A stretch of DNA of 64,000 nucleotides from an uncultured Candidatus Pelagibacter sp. (GCA_905616395.1 CAJQSQ010000012.1:14188-78187); one strand, 5' to 3'. Numbered from the stretch's first letter, positions 18,850 to 30,484 are shown. Made by a program: numbers and translations. The notes: generated by a model from the letters alone, not told the origin.

Positions 18850-19944
18850 TTAGAAATTAATCCCTGTGTCAGCTAGTTTAATAAAATAATTATTTAGATT
18901 CTTATTTTTCCCAATACCTTTAATAATTTTGCTAAAACTTTTATTTTGAATTTTTTTATCTAAGTTAAAAGACTCATAGATTAAGTCTATGGCTTTAGAA
19001 AAAATAAAGTTTTTATCTTTCGTTTTTTTTTCGAACTCGTCTAATATGAGTGAATCTAATTGAATACCTAATTCAATTTTGTCTTCGATAATTTTAGTTA
19101 GAATTCTAAGATCCCGTATTGTCATATTGAATCCTTGTCCTGCTAATGGGTGCACTCTGTGAAGTATGTCTCCAAAAGCCAAAATATTTTTATGATGATA
19201 GTTTCTTAGATTAGATGAACTTAACTCAAAGCTATTTAATTTATTAATTTTATTAATTTTATATTTAGGGTTATTTTTATTAATTAAATCTATTACATCA
19301 CTATTATTAAATTTTTTATTCCTAATATCTATTGAATATACAACAGATGTTTCAATGTTTGAGATTGGTAAAAATGCAATTGGACCTTGCTTTGTAAAAA
19401 TTTGAGTTGCTGTATTATTCTTTATTTTTTTATGTTTTAAAATAGTGGTATAAGCAAGATTATGATAATTTTTACTAATTTTTTTTGTGAAATATTTTTT
19501 CGCTAAAAAATTATTTGCATCACAATTAATTATTAAATCATATTCTTTTTTATTTAAAAACTCTTCACTAATATTTTTTTTTAATATTATGTTTTTAAAA
19601 AACTTACTTTTACTAAGGTTGCTTTTTAATGACTTTAAAAGATCATCATTTTTTATTATATAAAATAGATCCTTTTTATCATTCTCAAATTTTAATAAAT
19701 TTTCTGTATCGATTTTATCTGTATAAATTTCTATTTTATTTATTTTACAGTAATTAGTTTTTGCAATTTTGAAAATTTTTTCTTTAAAAAATTCTAAATT
19801 ACTTTTAGATATTCCTATTGTTCTATTTGAAGAAAAATTACCATTTCTACTTTTGTGATAATAGTGAACATTTATTTTTTTATTTATAAGGCTTTTAGCT
19901 AAAGATAGAGCAGTTAGACCTTCACCAATAATACAAACATTCAT
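18850..19944 (-). CDS. UbiH/Coq6-like FAD-dependent monooxygenase
   Basis: IIGEGLTA, FTKQGPIAFLP, GDILHRVHPLAGQGFNMTIRD; likely start MNVCIIG at 19944 (track 19983). Confidence 0.85.
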   Translation of the reverse strand: MNVCIIGEGLTALSLAKSLINKKINVHYYHKSRNGNFSSNRTIGISKSNLEFFKEKIFKIAKTNYCKINKIEIYTDKIDTENLLKFENDKKDLFYIIKNDDLLKSLKSNLSKSKFFKNIILKKNISEEFLNKKEYDLIINCDANNFLAKKYFTKKISKNYHNLAYTTILKHKKIKNNTATQIFTKQGPIAFLPISNIETSVVYSIDIRNKKFNNSDVIDLINKNNPKYKINKINKLNSFELSSSNLRNYHHKNILAFGDILHRVHPLAGQGFNMTIRDLRILTKIIEDKIELGIQLDSLILDEFEKKTKDKNFIFSKAIDLIYESFNLDKKIQNKSFSKIIKGIGKNKNLNNYFIKLADTGINF

Positions 19945-20008
19945 AATAATTTTAATTTTAACAATAAAAATTAGATGATACAAAGTGATTAATTAGACTC
20001 ATTTATTT

Positions 20009-22099
20009 ATGGAATTTAAAAAATTAGCCAACAATACAATTAATTTTGGCATAAATAGAATTATTGAAACCGCTGGGATTGCTCTTGTTATAATTGGTCT
20101 CCTTTTACTGGGTTCTCTTGCAACTTTTTCTCCTGACGATCCTAATTTTATTTTTCCAGATAATACTGAAATTAAAAATTTACTTGGTTTTAACGGAAGT
20201 TATACAGCTGATCTTTTTTTTCAAACTTTTGGACTCATTGCTTTACTAATTCCATTTACACTTATTTTTTCTGGTATAAATATGGTTCTAAATAAGAAAA
20301 TTTTTTTAATATTCGAAAGTATTTTTTATTCAGTTCTTTATTCTTCATTTGGTTCTCTATTTTTTTCTTTTTTTTACCCTACTGCCTTCAACCTTTATAT
20401 TAATGGAAATGGTGGTTTTATTGGAAAATATTTAGAAACAACTTTTTTAACTTCTTTAATCAATATTAATTCTCAAATTTCTTATTACTTGTTAATTTTA
20501 ATTATTTTAATTTTATTTTTAATTAGTATCCATTTTAAAATTATTACTTTTTATAAAATAATAATAAAATTTATTAAGTTAATCTTTGTTAAAAAAGAAA
20601 AGAGCTACACTAATAAAAATGAAATAATTAGTGAGTTTATACCGCAAGAAGAAATTACAAATTTAATTCAAGAAGATTTACCCTTTATAAAAAGTGAAAA
20701 TAAATCTCTTAGCAAAAAAATTCGCTTCAAACTACCTACTATTGATTTGCTTAAAATCCCCACACAAAAAGATAGAGAAAAATTAAAAGATGAAGATTAT
20801 ATTGATAGTGAATTTTTAGAAAAAATCTTATTAGATTTTGGGGTTAGTGGAGATATTAAGAAAGTTAGTCATGGCCCCGTGGTAACACTAAATGAGTTTG
20901 AGCCAGCAGCCGGTGTTAAGGTTTCAAAAATTATTAATCTCTCAGATGACATTGCTCGAAACACTAGCTCTGAATCTGCTAGAATTGCTACTATACCAGG
21001 ACGTAGCACTATTGGTATAGAACTTCCAAATTCTAGTCGTGAGAATGTTTATTTAAGTGAAATACTCTCTAACTCGGATTTTAATAAAAAAGATATCAGA
21101 TTACCGATTGCGCTAGGTAAGAATATTTCTGGTATTCCTGTTGTTGGAGATTTAGCTTCTATGCCTCACTTATTAATTGCTGGAACGACTGGATCGGGTA
21201 AGTCTGTTTGTATAAATACTATTATCTTATCTCTACTTTACAGACACACACCTGATAAATGTAAGTTCATATTAATTGATCCTAAAATGCTTGAACTTTC
21301 AACTTATGAAGGCATACCTCATTTATTATGTCCTGTAATTACTGAAGCAAAAAAAGCTGCCTCTGTCTTAGGTTGGGTTGTTAAAGAGATGGAAAATAGA
21401 TACCGACTTATGACTAAGGAAGGGGTGCGTAATATTGATGGCTATAATGCTAAACACATTTTGGCTATGCCCTATATCGTTGTTGTGGTAGATGAGATGT
21501 CTGACCTAATGCTCGTTGCTGGAAAAGAGATAGAAAATTATATTCAGAAATTATCACAAATGGCAAGAGCTGCTGGTATTCACATTATAATGGCCACACA
21601 AAGACCAAGTGTTGATGTTATTACAGGAACCATCAAAGCAAATTTTCCAACAAGAATATCTTTTCAAGTAACCTCAAAAATAGATAGTAGAACAATTTTA
21701 GGTGAACAAGGTGCGGAACAGCTACTCGGTAAAGGAGATATGCTTTATATGTCTTCTGCAAATAAGATAGTTAGAATTCACGCTCCATTTGTGTCAGAAA
21801 GCGAGATTGAAAAAGTTAACAATTATTTAAGAAATCAAGCAGAGCCAGATTATATAGATGAAATCTTAAATTTTGCAGATGAAAAGGAAATGAGTGGGGA
21901 TGCCTCTGGCTCAAGAGATAAAGATGAATTATACCAAGCAGCTCTTGATATTATTAGATCTGAAGGAAAGGCATCTACCTCGTTTTTACAAAGAAAATTA
22001 CAAATAGGATACAATAGAGCTGCAAGAATTATTGACATGATGGAAACTGATGGGATTGTGAGTAAGGCTAATCATGTTGGTAAACGAGATGTTCTTTAA
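20009..22099 (+). CDS. ftsK: DNA translocase FtsK
   Basis: N-terminal transmembrane region, PHLLIAGTTGSGKS, IDPKMLELS, VVDEMSDLM, ATQRPSVDV, LQRKLQIGYNRAAR gamma domain. Confidence 0.97.
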   Translation: MEFKKLANNTINFGINRIIETAGIALVIIGLLLLGSLATFSPDDPNFIFPDNTEIKNLLGFNGSYTADLFFQTFGLIALLIPFTLIFSGINMVLNKKIFLIFESIFYSVLYSSFGSLFFSFFYPTAFNLYINGNGGFIGKYLETTFLTSLININSQISYYLLILIILILFLISIHFKIITFYKIIIKFIKLIFVKKEKSYTNKNEIISEFIPQEEITNLIQEDLPFIKSENKSLSKKIRFKLPTIDLLKIPTQKDREKLKDEDYIDSEFLEKILLDFGVSGDIKKVSHGPVVTLNEFEPAAGVKVSKIINLSDDIARNTSSESARIATIPGRSTIGIELPNSSRENVYLSEILSNSDFNKKDIRLPIALGKNISGIPVVGDLASMPHLLIAGTTGSGKSVCINTIILSLLYRHTPDKCKFILIDPKMLELSTYEGIPHLLCPVITEAKKAASVLGWVVKEMENRYRLMTKEGVRNIDGYNAKHILAMPYIVVVVDEMSDLMLVAGKEIENYIQKLSQMARAAGIHIIMATQRPSVDVITGTIKANFPTRISFQVTSKIDSRTILGEQGAEQLLGKGDMLYMSSANKIVRIHAPFVSESEIEKVNNYLRNQAEPDYIDEILNFADEKEMSGDASGSRDKDELYQAALDIIRSEGKASTSFLQRKLQIGYNRAARIIDMMETDGIVSKANHVGKRDVL

Positions 22100-22653
22100 T
22101 GTTTAAAATAATAATTACTTTACTATTTTTCAGCTTTTACATTCCAGCCAACTCATCACAAAAAAGTAAGATAATTTCTCAAATGAAACTTACCAATAAT
22201 TTAAGTTTCGACTTTGTACAAACAATTAATGATAAAAGTGAAGATGGAAAATGTATCATTGAATATCCTAAAAAAATTTTTTGTGAATATAATAATTATC
22301 GAAAGAAAATTATAGTATCAAATGGAAAATCTTTGGTTATTAAAACTACCAACAAAAAAGGTTATTACCGTTACCCACTTAATAAAACACCTTTAGAGTT
22401 TTTACTAGATAAAGAATATTTAATTTCTAAAATAGAAAACTTAGAGCCAAGAGAAATAGATAACAAGTATATAAATTTTAAAATTTTTGAGAACAATAAT
22501 GAAATTAACATTTTTTTTGACAAGAATTATTTAAATTTAATTGGATGGCAAACCGAGGACATCTATCAAAATTTGTCAATAACATTTATTTCTTCTGTTA
22601 AAAAAAACCAAGAAATAAATAATAAGATTTTTAAATTACCTGAAAATAATTAA
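22099..22653 (+). CDS. lolA: Outer-membrane lipoprotein carrier protein LolA
   Basis: Signal peptide, FDFVQ, IVSNGKSL, YPLNKTPL; ftsK-lolA synteny. Confidence 0.8.
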   Translation: MFKIIITLLFFSFYIPANSSQKSKIISQMKLTNNLSFDFVQTINDKSEDGKCIIEYPKKIFCEYNNYRKKIIVSNGKSLVIKTTNKKGYYRYPLNKTPLEFLLDKEYLISKIENLEPREIDNKYINFKIFENNNEINIFFDKNYLNLIGWQTEDIYQNLSITFISSVKKNQEINNKIFKLPENN

Positions 22654-23157
22654 TTATCTGATTAAAGTTTCAGACTTAAAACTTTTCATGCCTCGAGCTA
22701 AATAATTTTTTAACGCATTTTTATGATCTAAAGAGCAGGTGTGAACCCAAACTCTTTCACATCCCATATTAAATGAGCTTTTAATTGCTTCACTTAACAG
22801 GTACCCACCTAATTTTTTTCCATAATATTCTTCCAAAATTCCAAAATAAGCAATTTCGGCTTCTTTATTTTGTTTGCTAAATAACAATTCAAAATATCCA
22901 GCTATTTCACTTTTATCTTTAAGAATATAGGTAAATAACTCATCATTGGAGATATAATCTATCCAATTTAAGTCTGTCCAAACAAGTCTATCAATCCACT
23001 GGCAATTTTTACCAATATTTTTATAAAAAAATTTGTTTAATTGAAAATCTTTTGGATCAGCAAGCTCTATAAAATAATTTTCTGAAGGTTTTTTAACTTC
23101 TTTTAATTCACCTAGAGACTTTATCTCTAAATAACTGCGATAAATTTTTTCTGTCAC
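22654..23157 (-). CDS. GNAT family N-acetyltransferase
   Basis: IAYFGILEEYYGKKLGGYLL, VWVHTCSLDHKNALKNY. Confidence 0.85.
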   Translation of the reverse strand: MTEKIYRSYLEIKSLGELKEVKKPSENYFIELADPKDFQLNKFFYKNIGKNCQWIDRLVWTDLNWIDYISNDELFTYILKDKSEIAGYFELLFSKQNKEAEIAYFGILEEYYGKKLGGYLLSEAIKSSFNMGCERVWVHTCSLDHKNALKNYLARGMKSFKSETLIR

Positions 23158-23519
23158 TCAACCATTTTTCCAACTTTTTCTCCTCCAAATAAATGAAAGT
23201 GTAAATGTGGAACCTCTTGACCGCCATGCTCACTCAAATTTGTTAAAGCTCTATAACCTTTGCCCGCATCTATTGATATTCCTAATATTTTTGAAACTTC
23301 TGTAATAGCTTTGCTTAACGCAACTATCTCTTGATCTGAAGCTCTATTGTTAAAATCATCGAAATCAATGTACTCACCTTTTGGAATAACTAATGCGTGT
23401 ATTTTTTTTTGAGGATTAATGTCATGAAAGGATAGAACATGGTCATTTTCAAATATTTTTTTATAAGGAATTTCTTTTCTCAAAATTTTTGCAAAAATAT
23501 TATTTCTATCGTAGCTCAT
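23154..23519 (-). CDS. HIT family nucleotide-binding protein
   Basis: NIFAKIL, HALVIPK, GGQEVPHLHFH. Confidence 0.92.
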   Translation of the reverse strand: MSYDRNNIFAKILRKEIPYKKIFENDHVLSFHDINPQKKIHALVIPKGEYIDFDDFNNRASDQEIVALSKAITEVSKILGISIDAGKGYRALTNLSEHGGQEVPHLHFHLFGGEKVGKMVE

Positions 23520-23824
23520 TACCTATTATTTTTTTCTTCAATGCCAGATTGTTTTTTTCTGTTTTCTAATTCTTTCAAGACATCTTCAAACTTGATGTCA
23601 GCTGCCTCAAGTGTAACTAGTATATGATAAATTGTATCTGCAGCTTCATGAACTATTTTGGATTTATCATTTAGGGCCTCTTTAAGCTCATTAAATTCCT
23701 CTTCCATTTTATCTATACATTTAGACAGGCCACCTGATAACAGTGATGAAGTGTAAGATTTATCTTCATTTTTATTTTTCCTATCTCTAATTATATTTAC
23801 TAAATTTAATAGATTTTCTGACAT
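23519..23824 (-). CDS. hisE: Phosphoribosyl-ATP diphosphatase
   Basis: SYTSSL, KMEEE, VHEAADTIYH, GIEEK; his cluster. Confidence 0.93.
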   Translation of the reverse strand: MSENLLNLVNIIRDRKNKNEDKSYTSSLLSGGLSKCIDKMEEEFNELKEALNDKSKIVHEAADTIYHILVTLEAADIKFEDVLKELENRKKQSGIEEKNNR

Positions 23825-23826
23825 GT

Positions 23827-24582
23827 CTAAATCCTAACGGGAATTCCTTTTGAATTCAAATATTGTTTGGCTTCATTAATTGAGTGAGTTCCATAATGAA
23901 AAATTGAGGCTGCTAGCACTGCACTAGCATTTCCTAACTTTATACCATCTACTAGATGATCCAGGTTACCCACTCCACCTGAGGCAATAACAGGTATATT
24001 AACTGTTGAAGATATTTTAAACATCAAATCATTATCATAACCAATTTGAGTGCCATCTCTATCCATAGAAGTAACTAGTAATTCTCCTGCTCCACTATCT
24101 TCCATTTTTTTTGCAAATTCTACTGTATCCAGACCTGTGTTATTTCTTCCACCGTGGGTAAAAACTTCCCATTTATTACCATTTTTTTTAGCATCTATTG
24201 CAACAACAATGCACTGTGATCCAAATTTTTTTGAACTTTCAATTATCACTTCAGGATTTTGAACTGCTGCAGTGTTAATCGAAACTTTATCTGCTCCACA
24301 ATTTAATAATTTGTTAATATCTTCAACACCTCTAACCCCACCACCAACTGTTAATGGTACAAAACAATTTTTAGAAGTTCTTTCAACAACATCATAAATT
24401 GTATCTCTATTTTCATTAGAGGCAGTAATATCTAAAAAACAAATTTCATCAGCGCCACCATCACTATAAATCTTAGCTTGCTCAACTGGATCACCAGCAT
24501 CCTTTAAATCTACAAAGTTAATTCCCTTTACAACGCGACCATTTTTAACATCTAAACAGGGTATAATTCTATTTTTAAGCAT
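23827..24582 (-). CDS. hisF: Imidazole glycerol phosphate synthase cyclase subunit
   Basis: [31 protein letters not shown]. Confidence 0.97.
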   Translation of the reverse strand: MLKNRIIPCLDVKNGRVVKGINFVDLKDAGDPVEQAKIYSDGGADEICFLDITASNENRDTIYDVVERTSKNCFVPLTVGGGVRGVEDINKLLNCGADKVSINTAAVQNPEVIIESSKKFGSQCIVVAIDAKKNGNKWEVFTHGGRNNTGLDTVEFAKKMEDSGAGELLVTSMDRDGTQIGYDNDLMFKISSTVNIPVIASGGVGNLDHLVDGIKLGNASAVLAASIFHYGTHSINEAKQYLNSKGIPVRI

Positions 24583-25294
24583 CTAATTCTCTCACTAATT
24601 CGTCCAATTTAATATCACCATCATATATGGCTTTACCAACTATTATTCCTTCAATATTTTTTAAACCTTTTGCTTTTTTAATGTCATCAATTGAAGACAC
24701 CCCTCCTGAAATAATTACTGGGCAATTAGATACTTTTGCAACATTAGTTGTTTCTTCAAAATTAGGACTTTGTTTGGTGCCATCTCTATTTATGTCTGTA
24801 TAGATTAATCTGCTAGCACCATAATCATTTATTTCTTTTAAAAAATCTAAAGTCAATTGATTAGAGTTTTCCTTCCATCCTGAAACTGACAAGTATCCAT
24901 CTTTAGCATCTAGACCTAAGGCAATTTTATTTGGAAATTTTTGACATGCTTCTTTTAAGAAATTCTTATCTTTTATAGCTGCACTTCCTAAAATAACTTT
25001 TTCAACTCCTGCATCTGTGTATTTTTCAATACTATCAATGCTTCTAACACCTCCACCTACTTCAATTTTTAAATCAAATTTATGAACTATTTCTTTAATG
25101 ACATCTAAATTAACTGTCTCTCCGGTTAAGGCGCCGTCTAAATCGACAATATGTAAATTTTTAAAACCATGATCTTTATATTTACCAGCTTGATCAATCG
25201 GTGACATTTCGTATTCAGTTTTATTATTAAAGTCTCCTTTGATTAATCTCACACATTTCTTATCTTTAATATCTATAGCTGGAAATATTTTCAT
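24575..25294 (-). CDS. hisA: ProFAR isomerase
   Basis: [30 protein letters not shown]. Confidence 0.96.
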   Translation of the reverse strand: MKIFPAIDIKDKKCVRLIKGDFNNKTEYEMSPIDQAGKYKDHGFKNLHIVDLDGALTGETVNLDVIKEIVHKFDLKIEVGGGVRSIDSIEKYTDAGVEKVILGSAAIKDKNFLKEACQKFPNKIALGLDAKDGYLSVSGWKENSNQLTLDFLKEINDYGASRLIYTDINRDGTKQSPNFEETTNVAKVSNCPVIISGGVSSIDDIKKAKGLKNIEGIIVGKAIYDGDIKLDELVRELDA

Positions 25295-25295
25295 T

Positions 25296-25922
25296 TTATA
25301 AATTCATAAAATTATTTATTATTTGTAATCCAATTTTATCACTTTTTTCGGGGTGAAATTGTGTTCCAAAGATATTTTCTTTTTCAACTGAGCAAACAAT
25401 ATTTGATGAATAATCTGTTGTTGCTGAAATTACATTTTTATCATCTGGAATAAATTCGTAGCTGTGTACAAAATACATGTGTGATTTATTTTCTATATCC
25501 TTAAAAATCTTGCTTTCTTTAATAATACTAATTTCGTTCCAACCAATGTGTGGAAGTTTGAATTTATTATTTTGATTATCAATCTTTAAGACTTTTCCTG
25601 AAATCCAACCAAGACCTTTTGTTTCAGTTTCTTCATAACCAAGGTCTGCGAACATCTGTAAACCAACACAAATTCCAAGAAGAGGTTTCTTGTTAGTTAT
25701 CACAAACTCATTAAGTGTCTCTACTAAGCCAGTTATGCCATTTAATGCATCAACACAGCTCTTAAACGAACCCTGTCCTGGTAAAACCACCTTGTCGCTT
25801 GATTTAATCTTATTTAAATCTGAAGTTACTTCGATATTAACTTTATCTTTAGCAACTTCTTTGAAAGAATTTATTACAGAGCTGATATTTCCTGAATTAT
25901 AATCAACAATTGTGACATTCAT
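25296..25922 (-). CDS. hisH: Imidazole glycerol phosphate synthase glutaminase subunit
   Basis: LPGQG, GICVG, PHIGWN, YFVHSY, QFHPEKS. Confidence 0.96.
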   Translation of the reverse strand: MNVTIVDYNSGNISSVINSFKEVAKDKVNIEVTSDLNKIKSSDKVVLPGQGSFKSCVDALNGITGLVETLNEFVITNKKPLLGICVGLQMFADLGYEETETKGLGWISGKVLKIDNQNNKFKLPHIGWNEISIIKESKIFKDIENKSHMYFVHSYEFIPDDKNVISATTDYSSNIVCSVEKENIFGTQFHPEKSDKIGLQIINNFMNL

Positions 25923-25927
25923 TAAAC

Positions 25928-26518
25928 TTATAATGAGCCTTTAGTTGATGGAATACTTTTTTTATTTCTAGGATCTATTTCTAATGCCGTTCTTAATGAC
26001 CTTGCTAAAGCTTTAAAACAAGACTCAATTATGTGATGACTATTGTCTCCATAAATGTTTTCCATATGCAGTGTTATTCCTGCTGATTGAGAGAATGCTT
26101 GAAACCATTCTTTAAAAAGCTCAGTGTCCATCTCTCCAAGTCTTTCTACTTTTAATTTAACTTTCCATATTAAATAAGGTCTATTTGAAACATCAATTGC
26201 AACCCGTGTTAATGTTTCATCCATTGGAATCATTGCGTGAGCATATCTTCTAATCCCTACGTAATTTTTTAGAGCTTTCTTTAAAGCCTCACCTATTGCT
26301 ATTCCAGTATCTTCTGTTGTGTGATGAAGATCTATATGAGTGTCACCTTTTGCTTTAACTTTTAAATCAATCAGCGAATGCTTTGATAGTTGTTCAAGCA
26401 TGTGATCTAAAAAACCTATTCCAGTATCAATTTTATATTGACCTTTACCGTCAATATTAACTTCAACACTGATGCTAGTTTCTTTTGTTTTTCTGGAAAC
26501 TTTTCCAATTCTGCTCAT
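25928..26518 (-). CDS. hisB: Imidazoleglycerol-phosphate dehydratase
   Basis: [32 protein letters not shown]. Confidence 0.96.
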   Translation of the reverse strand: MSRIGKVSRKTKETSISVEVNIDGKGQYKIDTGIGFLDHMLEQLSKHSLIDLKVKAKGDTHIDLHHTTEDTGIAIGEALKKALKNYVGIRRYAHAMIPMDETLTRVAIDVSNRPYLIWKVKLKVERLGEMDTELFKEWFQAFSQSAGITLHMENIYGDNSHHIIESCFKALARSLRTALEIDPRNKKSIPSTKGSL

Positions 26519-26574
26519 AATATATAATATGTATATAGGGATTAATTGACTATATCAATATTTGCAATCTGCTA

Positions 26575-26603
26575 CTTGAAGAATAAAAATTAATATCCAT
26601 TTA
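26575..26603 (+). promoter_or_regulatory. Candidate RpoH (sigma32) promoter of hslVU
   Basis: CTTGAA (26575-26580), 16-nt spacer, CCATTTA (26597-26603), just upstream of the hslV ATG. Confidence 0.5.
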
Positions 26604-26609
26604 TAATCT

Positions 26610-27125
26610 ATGACTACAATAGTGCTTATTAGAAAAAACAATGAAGTAGTGGTGGCGGGAGATGGCCAGGTTAGTATGGGTAATACTGTTATAAAGAGCA
26701 CTGCTGCAAAAGTTAGAAAAATTGAAAAAAGAAATGTAATAGCCGGATTTGCTGGATCAACTGCAGACGCATTAACTTTGTTTGAAAGACTAGAGGCAAA
26801 ACTTGAAAAGCATGCTGGTAATCTTCCAAGAGCAGCTGTCGAGTTAGCAAAAGACTGGCGAACTGACAAATATTTAAGAAGACTAGAAGCTTTAATGGCT
26901 ATTGGTGATAAAGAAAATAGCTTTATAATTTCAGGAACTGGTGATGTTTTAGAGCCAGAAGGTAATGCTATAGGTATAGGATCAGGTGGAAATTATGCTT
27001 TGGCTGCTGCTAAAGTTTTATTAGATACAGATTTGAGTGCTGAAGAAGTTGCAAGAAAAGCAATTCAAGTTGCGTCTGAAATTTGTGTATTTACTAATAA
27101 TAATATTAAAATTGAAAAAATTTAA
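26610..27125 (+). CDS. hslV: ATP-dependent protease peptidase subunit
   Basis: MTTI (catalytic Thr), [21 protein letters not shown]. Confidence 0.97.
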   Translation: MTTIVLIRKNNEVVVAGDGQVSMGNTVIKSTAAKVRKIEKRNVIAGFAGSTADALTLFERLEAKLEKHAGNLPRAAVELAKDWRTDKYLRRLEALMAIGDKENSFIISGTGDVLEPEGNAIGIGSGGNYALAAAKVLLDTDLSAEEVARKAIQVASEICVFTNNNIKIEKI

Positions 27126-28492
27126 TGAAAGATACAAACGTTACACCTTTTCCAAAAGAAAAAACTGAGAAGAAAGATAACTCTTTAGTTAGTTCTTTAT
27201 CTCCTAGAGAAATAGTTTCTGAATTAGATAGATACGTTGTTGGACAAAATAAAGCTAAAAAAGCAGTTGCAATTGCTTTAAGAAATAGATGGAGAAGACA
27301 AGCTTTAGAAGGTGAAATGAAAGACGAAGTTTTACCTAAAAATATTTTAATGATTGGACCGACTGGAGTTGGTAAAACAGAAATTTCTAGAAGACTATCT
27401 AAATTAGCTGAAGCTCCTTTTGTAAAAGTAGAGGCTACAAGGTTTACCGAGGTTGGATATGTTGGAAGAGATGTTGAACAAATTATAAGAGATCTACTTG
27501 AAATTGCAATTGCAATGGAAAAAGTAAAAAAAAGAAAAGAAGTTCATTCAAAAGCTCAAAAATTAGCAGAAGAAAAAGTTTTAGATGCTCTAGTTGGAAA
27601 TAAAGCAAGCCTCGCTACTAGAGAAAGTTTTAGAAAAAGATTAAGAGATGGTGATTTAGATGACAATGAAATTGAAATTGCAATAAATGATAGTGGCTCT
27701 CAAGCTGCGTTTGAAATTCCTGGAATGCCAGGAGCAAATATTGGAATGATAAATATTGGAGAGATGATTGGAAAATCTGTTGGAAATAAACAGAAAAAGA
27801 AGAAAATGACCGTTAAAGAGTCTCATGAAATTTTAATTAACGATGAAGCTGATAAGTTAATAGAGGAAGATAAAATTATAAAATCAGCAAAAGATTCAAC
27901 AGAAAATAATGGAATAGTTTTTTTAGATGAAATAGATAAAATTTCAGGAAGAACAGACAGATCTGGTGGAGATGTTTCTAGAGAAGGAGTGCAAAGAGAT
28001 CTGCTTCCTCTAATTGAAGGAACAACAGTTAGCACAAAGTACGGTACAATTAAAACTGATCATATTTTATTTATTGCATCTGGAGCATTCCAGCTAGCCA
28101 AACCTTCGGACTTACTTCCAGAATTACAAGGTAGACTGCCAATAAGAGTTGAGCTTGAAGCTTTAACTAGTGATGATTTTAAAAGAATTCTTAAAGAGCC
28201 AGACTATAGTTTAATTAAACAGTACGTTGCTCTTTTAAAAACAGAAAACGTTGAACTAGAATTTTCTGATAACGGTATTGATGCAATTGCCAATATGGCT
28301 TCAGAAGTTAATAATACTGTAGAAAATATTGGTGCTAGAAGACTGCACACTATTATCGAAAGAATATTAGATGATATTAGTTTTACCGCAACAGATAGGG
28401 CTGGTGAAAAAATTATAATAGATTCCGCATATGTAAAACAAAATCTAGATGAACTTGTTAAGGATACAGATTTATCTAAATTTATTCTTTAA
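27125..28492 (+). CDS. hslU: ATP-dependent protease ATPase subunit
   Basis: [39 protein letters not shown]. Confidence 0.97.
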   Translation: MKDTNVTPFPKEKTEKKDNSLVSSLSPREIVSELDRYVVGQNKAKKAVAIALRNRWRRQALEGEMKDEVLPKNILMIGPTGVGKTEISRRLSKLAEAPFVKVEATRFTEVGYVGRDVEQIIRDLLEIAIAMEKVKKRKEVHSKAQKLAEEKVLDALVGNKASLATRESFRKRLRDGDLDDNEIEIAINDSGSQAAFEIPGMPGANIGMINIGEMIGKSVGNKQKKKKMTVKESHEILINDEADKLIEEDKIIKSAKDSTENNGIVFLDEIDKISGRTDRSGGDVSREGVQRDLLPLIEGTTVSTKYGTIKTDHILFIASGAFQLAKPSDLLPELQGRLPIRVELEALTSDDFKRILKEPDYSLIKQYVALLKTENVELEFSDNGIDAIANMASEVNNTVENIGARRLHTIIERILDDISFTATDRAGEKIIIDSAYVKQNLDELVKDTDLSKFIL

Positions 28493-29003
28493 ATTTATTC
28501 TTATTTTTAAGATAAATATAAAAAGCTCCACTACCACCATCTTCAATCTTAGCATCTGTAATCTCAATAATAAATTGTGTTAAACTTTTATTGTTTTCAA
28601 TAAACTCTGGAACTGAATATTTTAGTATACTCAAATCCTTTGAAAGGTAAGGGTTTTCATTATTTTTAGACCTTAGTCCTTTGCCTGTAATCACTATTAT
28701 TTTTGTAACATCTTCATCAAAACATTTTTGGATAAATTGTTCTATATCCTTATTGGCTTCCTCAATCGTATAACCATGAAGATCTATTTTTTTTATCTTC
28801 TCATATCTTATGTTCTTTTTATGGAAAAAATCTTTATTGGGAATTTTCTCTTTAGTGTTCAAAAAGTTTTCCCAGTCCTGTTTGTCTTTGTCTGGACTTT
28901 TTATATCTTTTTTTTTTACAGAATTTTTATTAAGATTTTTTTTTTTGTTATTTAGGAAGTTTTCCCAATCTTCTTTGTCTTTTTCTGTTATCTTCTTAAT
29001 CAA
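28482..29003 (-). CDS. Smr/MutS2 domain protein
   Basis: [21 protein letters not shown]. Confidence 0.9.
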   Translation of the reverse strand: MIKKITEKDKEDWENFLNNKKKNLNKNSVKKKDIKSPDKDKQDWENFLNTKEKIPNKDFFHKKNIRYEKIKKIDLHGYTIEEANKDIEQFIQKCFDEDVTKIIVITGKGLRSKNNENPYLSKDLSILKYSVPEFIENNKSLTQFIIEITDAKIEDGGSGAFYIYLKNKNKFKE

Positions 29004-29597
29004 TTAAGTAATAGTATCAATTAATAGCCAATTTGGATTTGATGATTTGATGTCTTTTGAAAAAACCCAAGTATCATAAACAGTTTTTATTTTTTCACTA
29101 TCTCCTGACACAATCTTTTTATCTTTATCTTTTATACATGTTATGATTTCACTAACAAAATCCACTGTAACTTCTAAACTATCTTCAATTTTTTTATGCG
29201 TTTTAATTACAGCTGACTTGATCCCTATAAAAGTTATTTCAGCAAAATGACCTTTGTTAGCCCTATCATCAAGAGCCTCTTTAAACTGATCATAAATTTT
29301 TTTACCCAAAAGTGGTTTACTTGATATTAGCTTGTTATCACTATCACTAAAATCTGTAATAATTGTTTCATAAGCAATTTTTGCACCTTTTAAAAATTCT
29401 TTTTGTGATACTTCATCAAAATTTTCACTATCTGTTTTTGGGGCTATATTTGTTTTTTGAAATTCTTTTTCAAATTGTGGTGGAATTTTTCCTTCGAAAC
29501 CAGTTTTTTTGCCAAGTATTCCTCTTAAACGAAGAAAGATAAAGCCAGCAATCATTGCTAAAAGAATAATATCTATGTATTCAAAACTATAATTCAT
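29004..29597 (-). CDS. Tim44/TimA family protein
   Basis: FIFLRLRGILGKKTG, FLKGAKIAYE, DTWVF, NPNWLL. Confidence 0.88.
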   Translation of the reverse strand: MNYSFEYIDIILLAMIAGFIFLRLRGILGKKTGFEGKIPPQFEKEFQKTNIAPKTDSENFDEVSQKEFLKGAKIAYETIITDFSDSDNKLISSKPLLGKKIYDQFKEALDDRANKGHFAEITFIGIKSAVIKTHKKIEDSLEVTVDFVSEIITCIKDKDKKIVSGDSEKIKTVYDTWVFSKDIKSSNPNWLLIDTIT

Positions 29598-29655
29598 AAT
29601 TTAATAATATTTACTATGTTGATTAATTACAACTAGCAATTTAGACTAAAGACAA

Positions 29656-30078
29656 ATGAACACATTTTTATTATTGCTAATTGGCATTCCTATTATTGAG
29701 ATTTATTTGTTTATCAAGTTGGGTTCTCAAATTGGAGCCTTTAACACGATTTTACTTATCTTTATAACGGCTTTTTTTGGGATCATTTACGCCAGATATG
29801 AAGGATTTAACACTCTAAAATCAGGAATGTCTCAATTGGTAAAAAATGAACTTCCAGTTTATGAGATTATTTCAGGTGCGGCTCTAGCATTTGCAGCACT
29901 ACTTTTAATTTTACCTGGTTTTGCTACAGACTTCTTGGGTTTATTAATTATATTTCCACCAACAAGAAAATTGATATTTAAAAAGGTATCAATTAAACAA
30001 AAGCCTATAAATAAAAAACAGGATTTTATTAATGGTGAATTTGAAGATATAGAGGATGAAAATGACAGAAAATTATAA
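29656..30078 (+). CDS. fxsA: FxsA family protein
   Basis: PIIEIYLFI, LLILPGFATD. Confidence 0.88.
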   Translation: MNTFLLLLIGIPIIEIYLFIKLGSQIGAFNTILLIFITAFFGIIYARYEGFNTLKSGMSQLVKNELPVYEIISGAALAFAALLLILPGFATDFLGLLIIFPPTRKLIFKKVSIKQKPINKKQDFINGEFEDIEDENDRKL

Positions 30079-30484
30079 AATTATTGGTAGCTTCATTAAG
30101 GATATGTCAAGTGAGACGCCTGATGTTTCAACACATATATTTGTAAAAGAAAAAATTCCCAAGTACCAATTAAATATTGATATTACTTCAAAGGCCATAA
30201 AAAATGGAATCGTTGAAGTAAATACAATACTTAAGTTTATAGATAAGCCAGAAGTTTTAAAAAAATCACATTTTGAAATAACTTATACATCTATAGTTAA
30301 AGTTGATGAAAAAATTTCTGATAAAAAAGGAATGGAAAAAATTATTCTATGTGATGTACCTAATAAAATTTACCCTGACTTAGAGAGAATTTTTTTAAAT
30401 TTATTAACTGACTCTGGATATCCTGGAATAAAATTTGACAAAAAAGTTGACTTCACTGAATTGTACAAACAAAGAGCTAATTAA
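30062..30484 (+). CDS. secB: Protein-export chaperone SecB
   Basis: FIKDMSSETP, VDF..LY C-terminus; fxsA-secB-dnaQ synteny; ATG 30056 or 30062. Confidence 0.8.
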   Translation: MTENYKIIGSFIKDMSSETPDVSTHIFVKEKIPKYQLNIDITSKAIKNGIVEVNTILKFIDKPEVLKKSHFEITYTSIVKVDEKISDKKGMEKIILCDVPNKIYPDLERIFLNLLTDSGYPGIKFDKKVDFTELYKQRAN

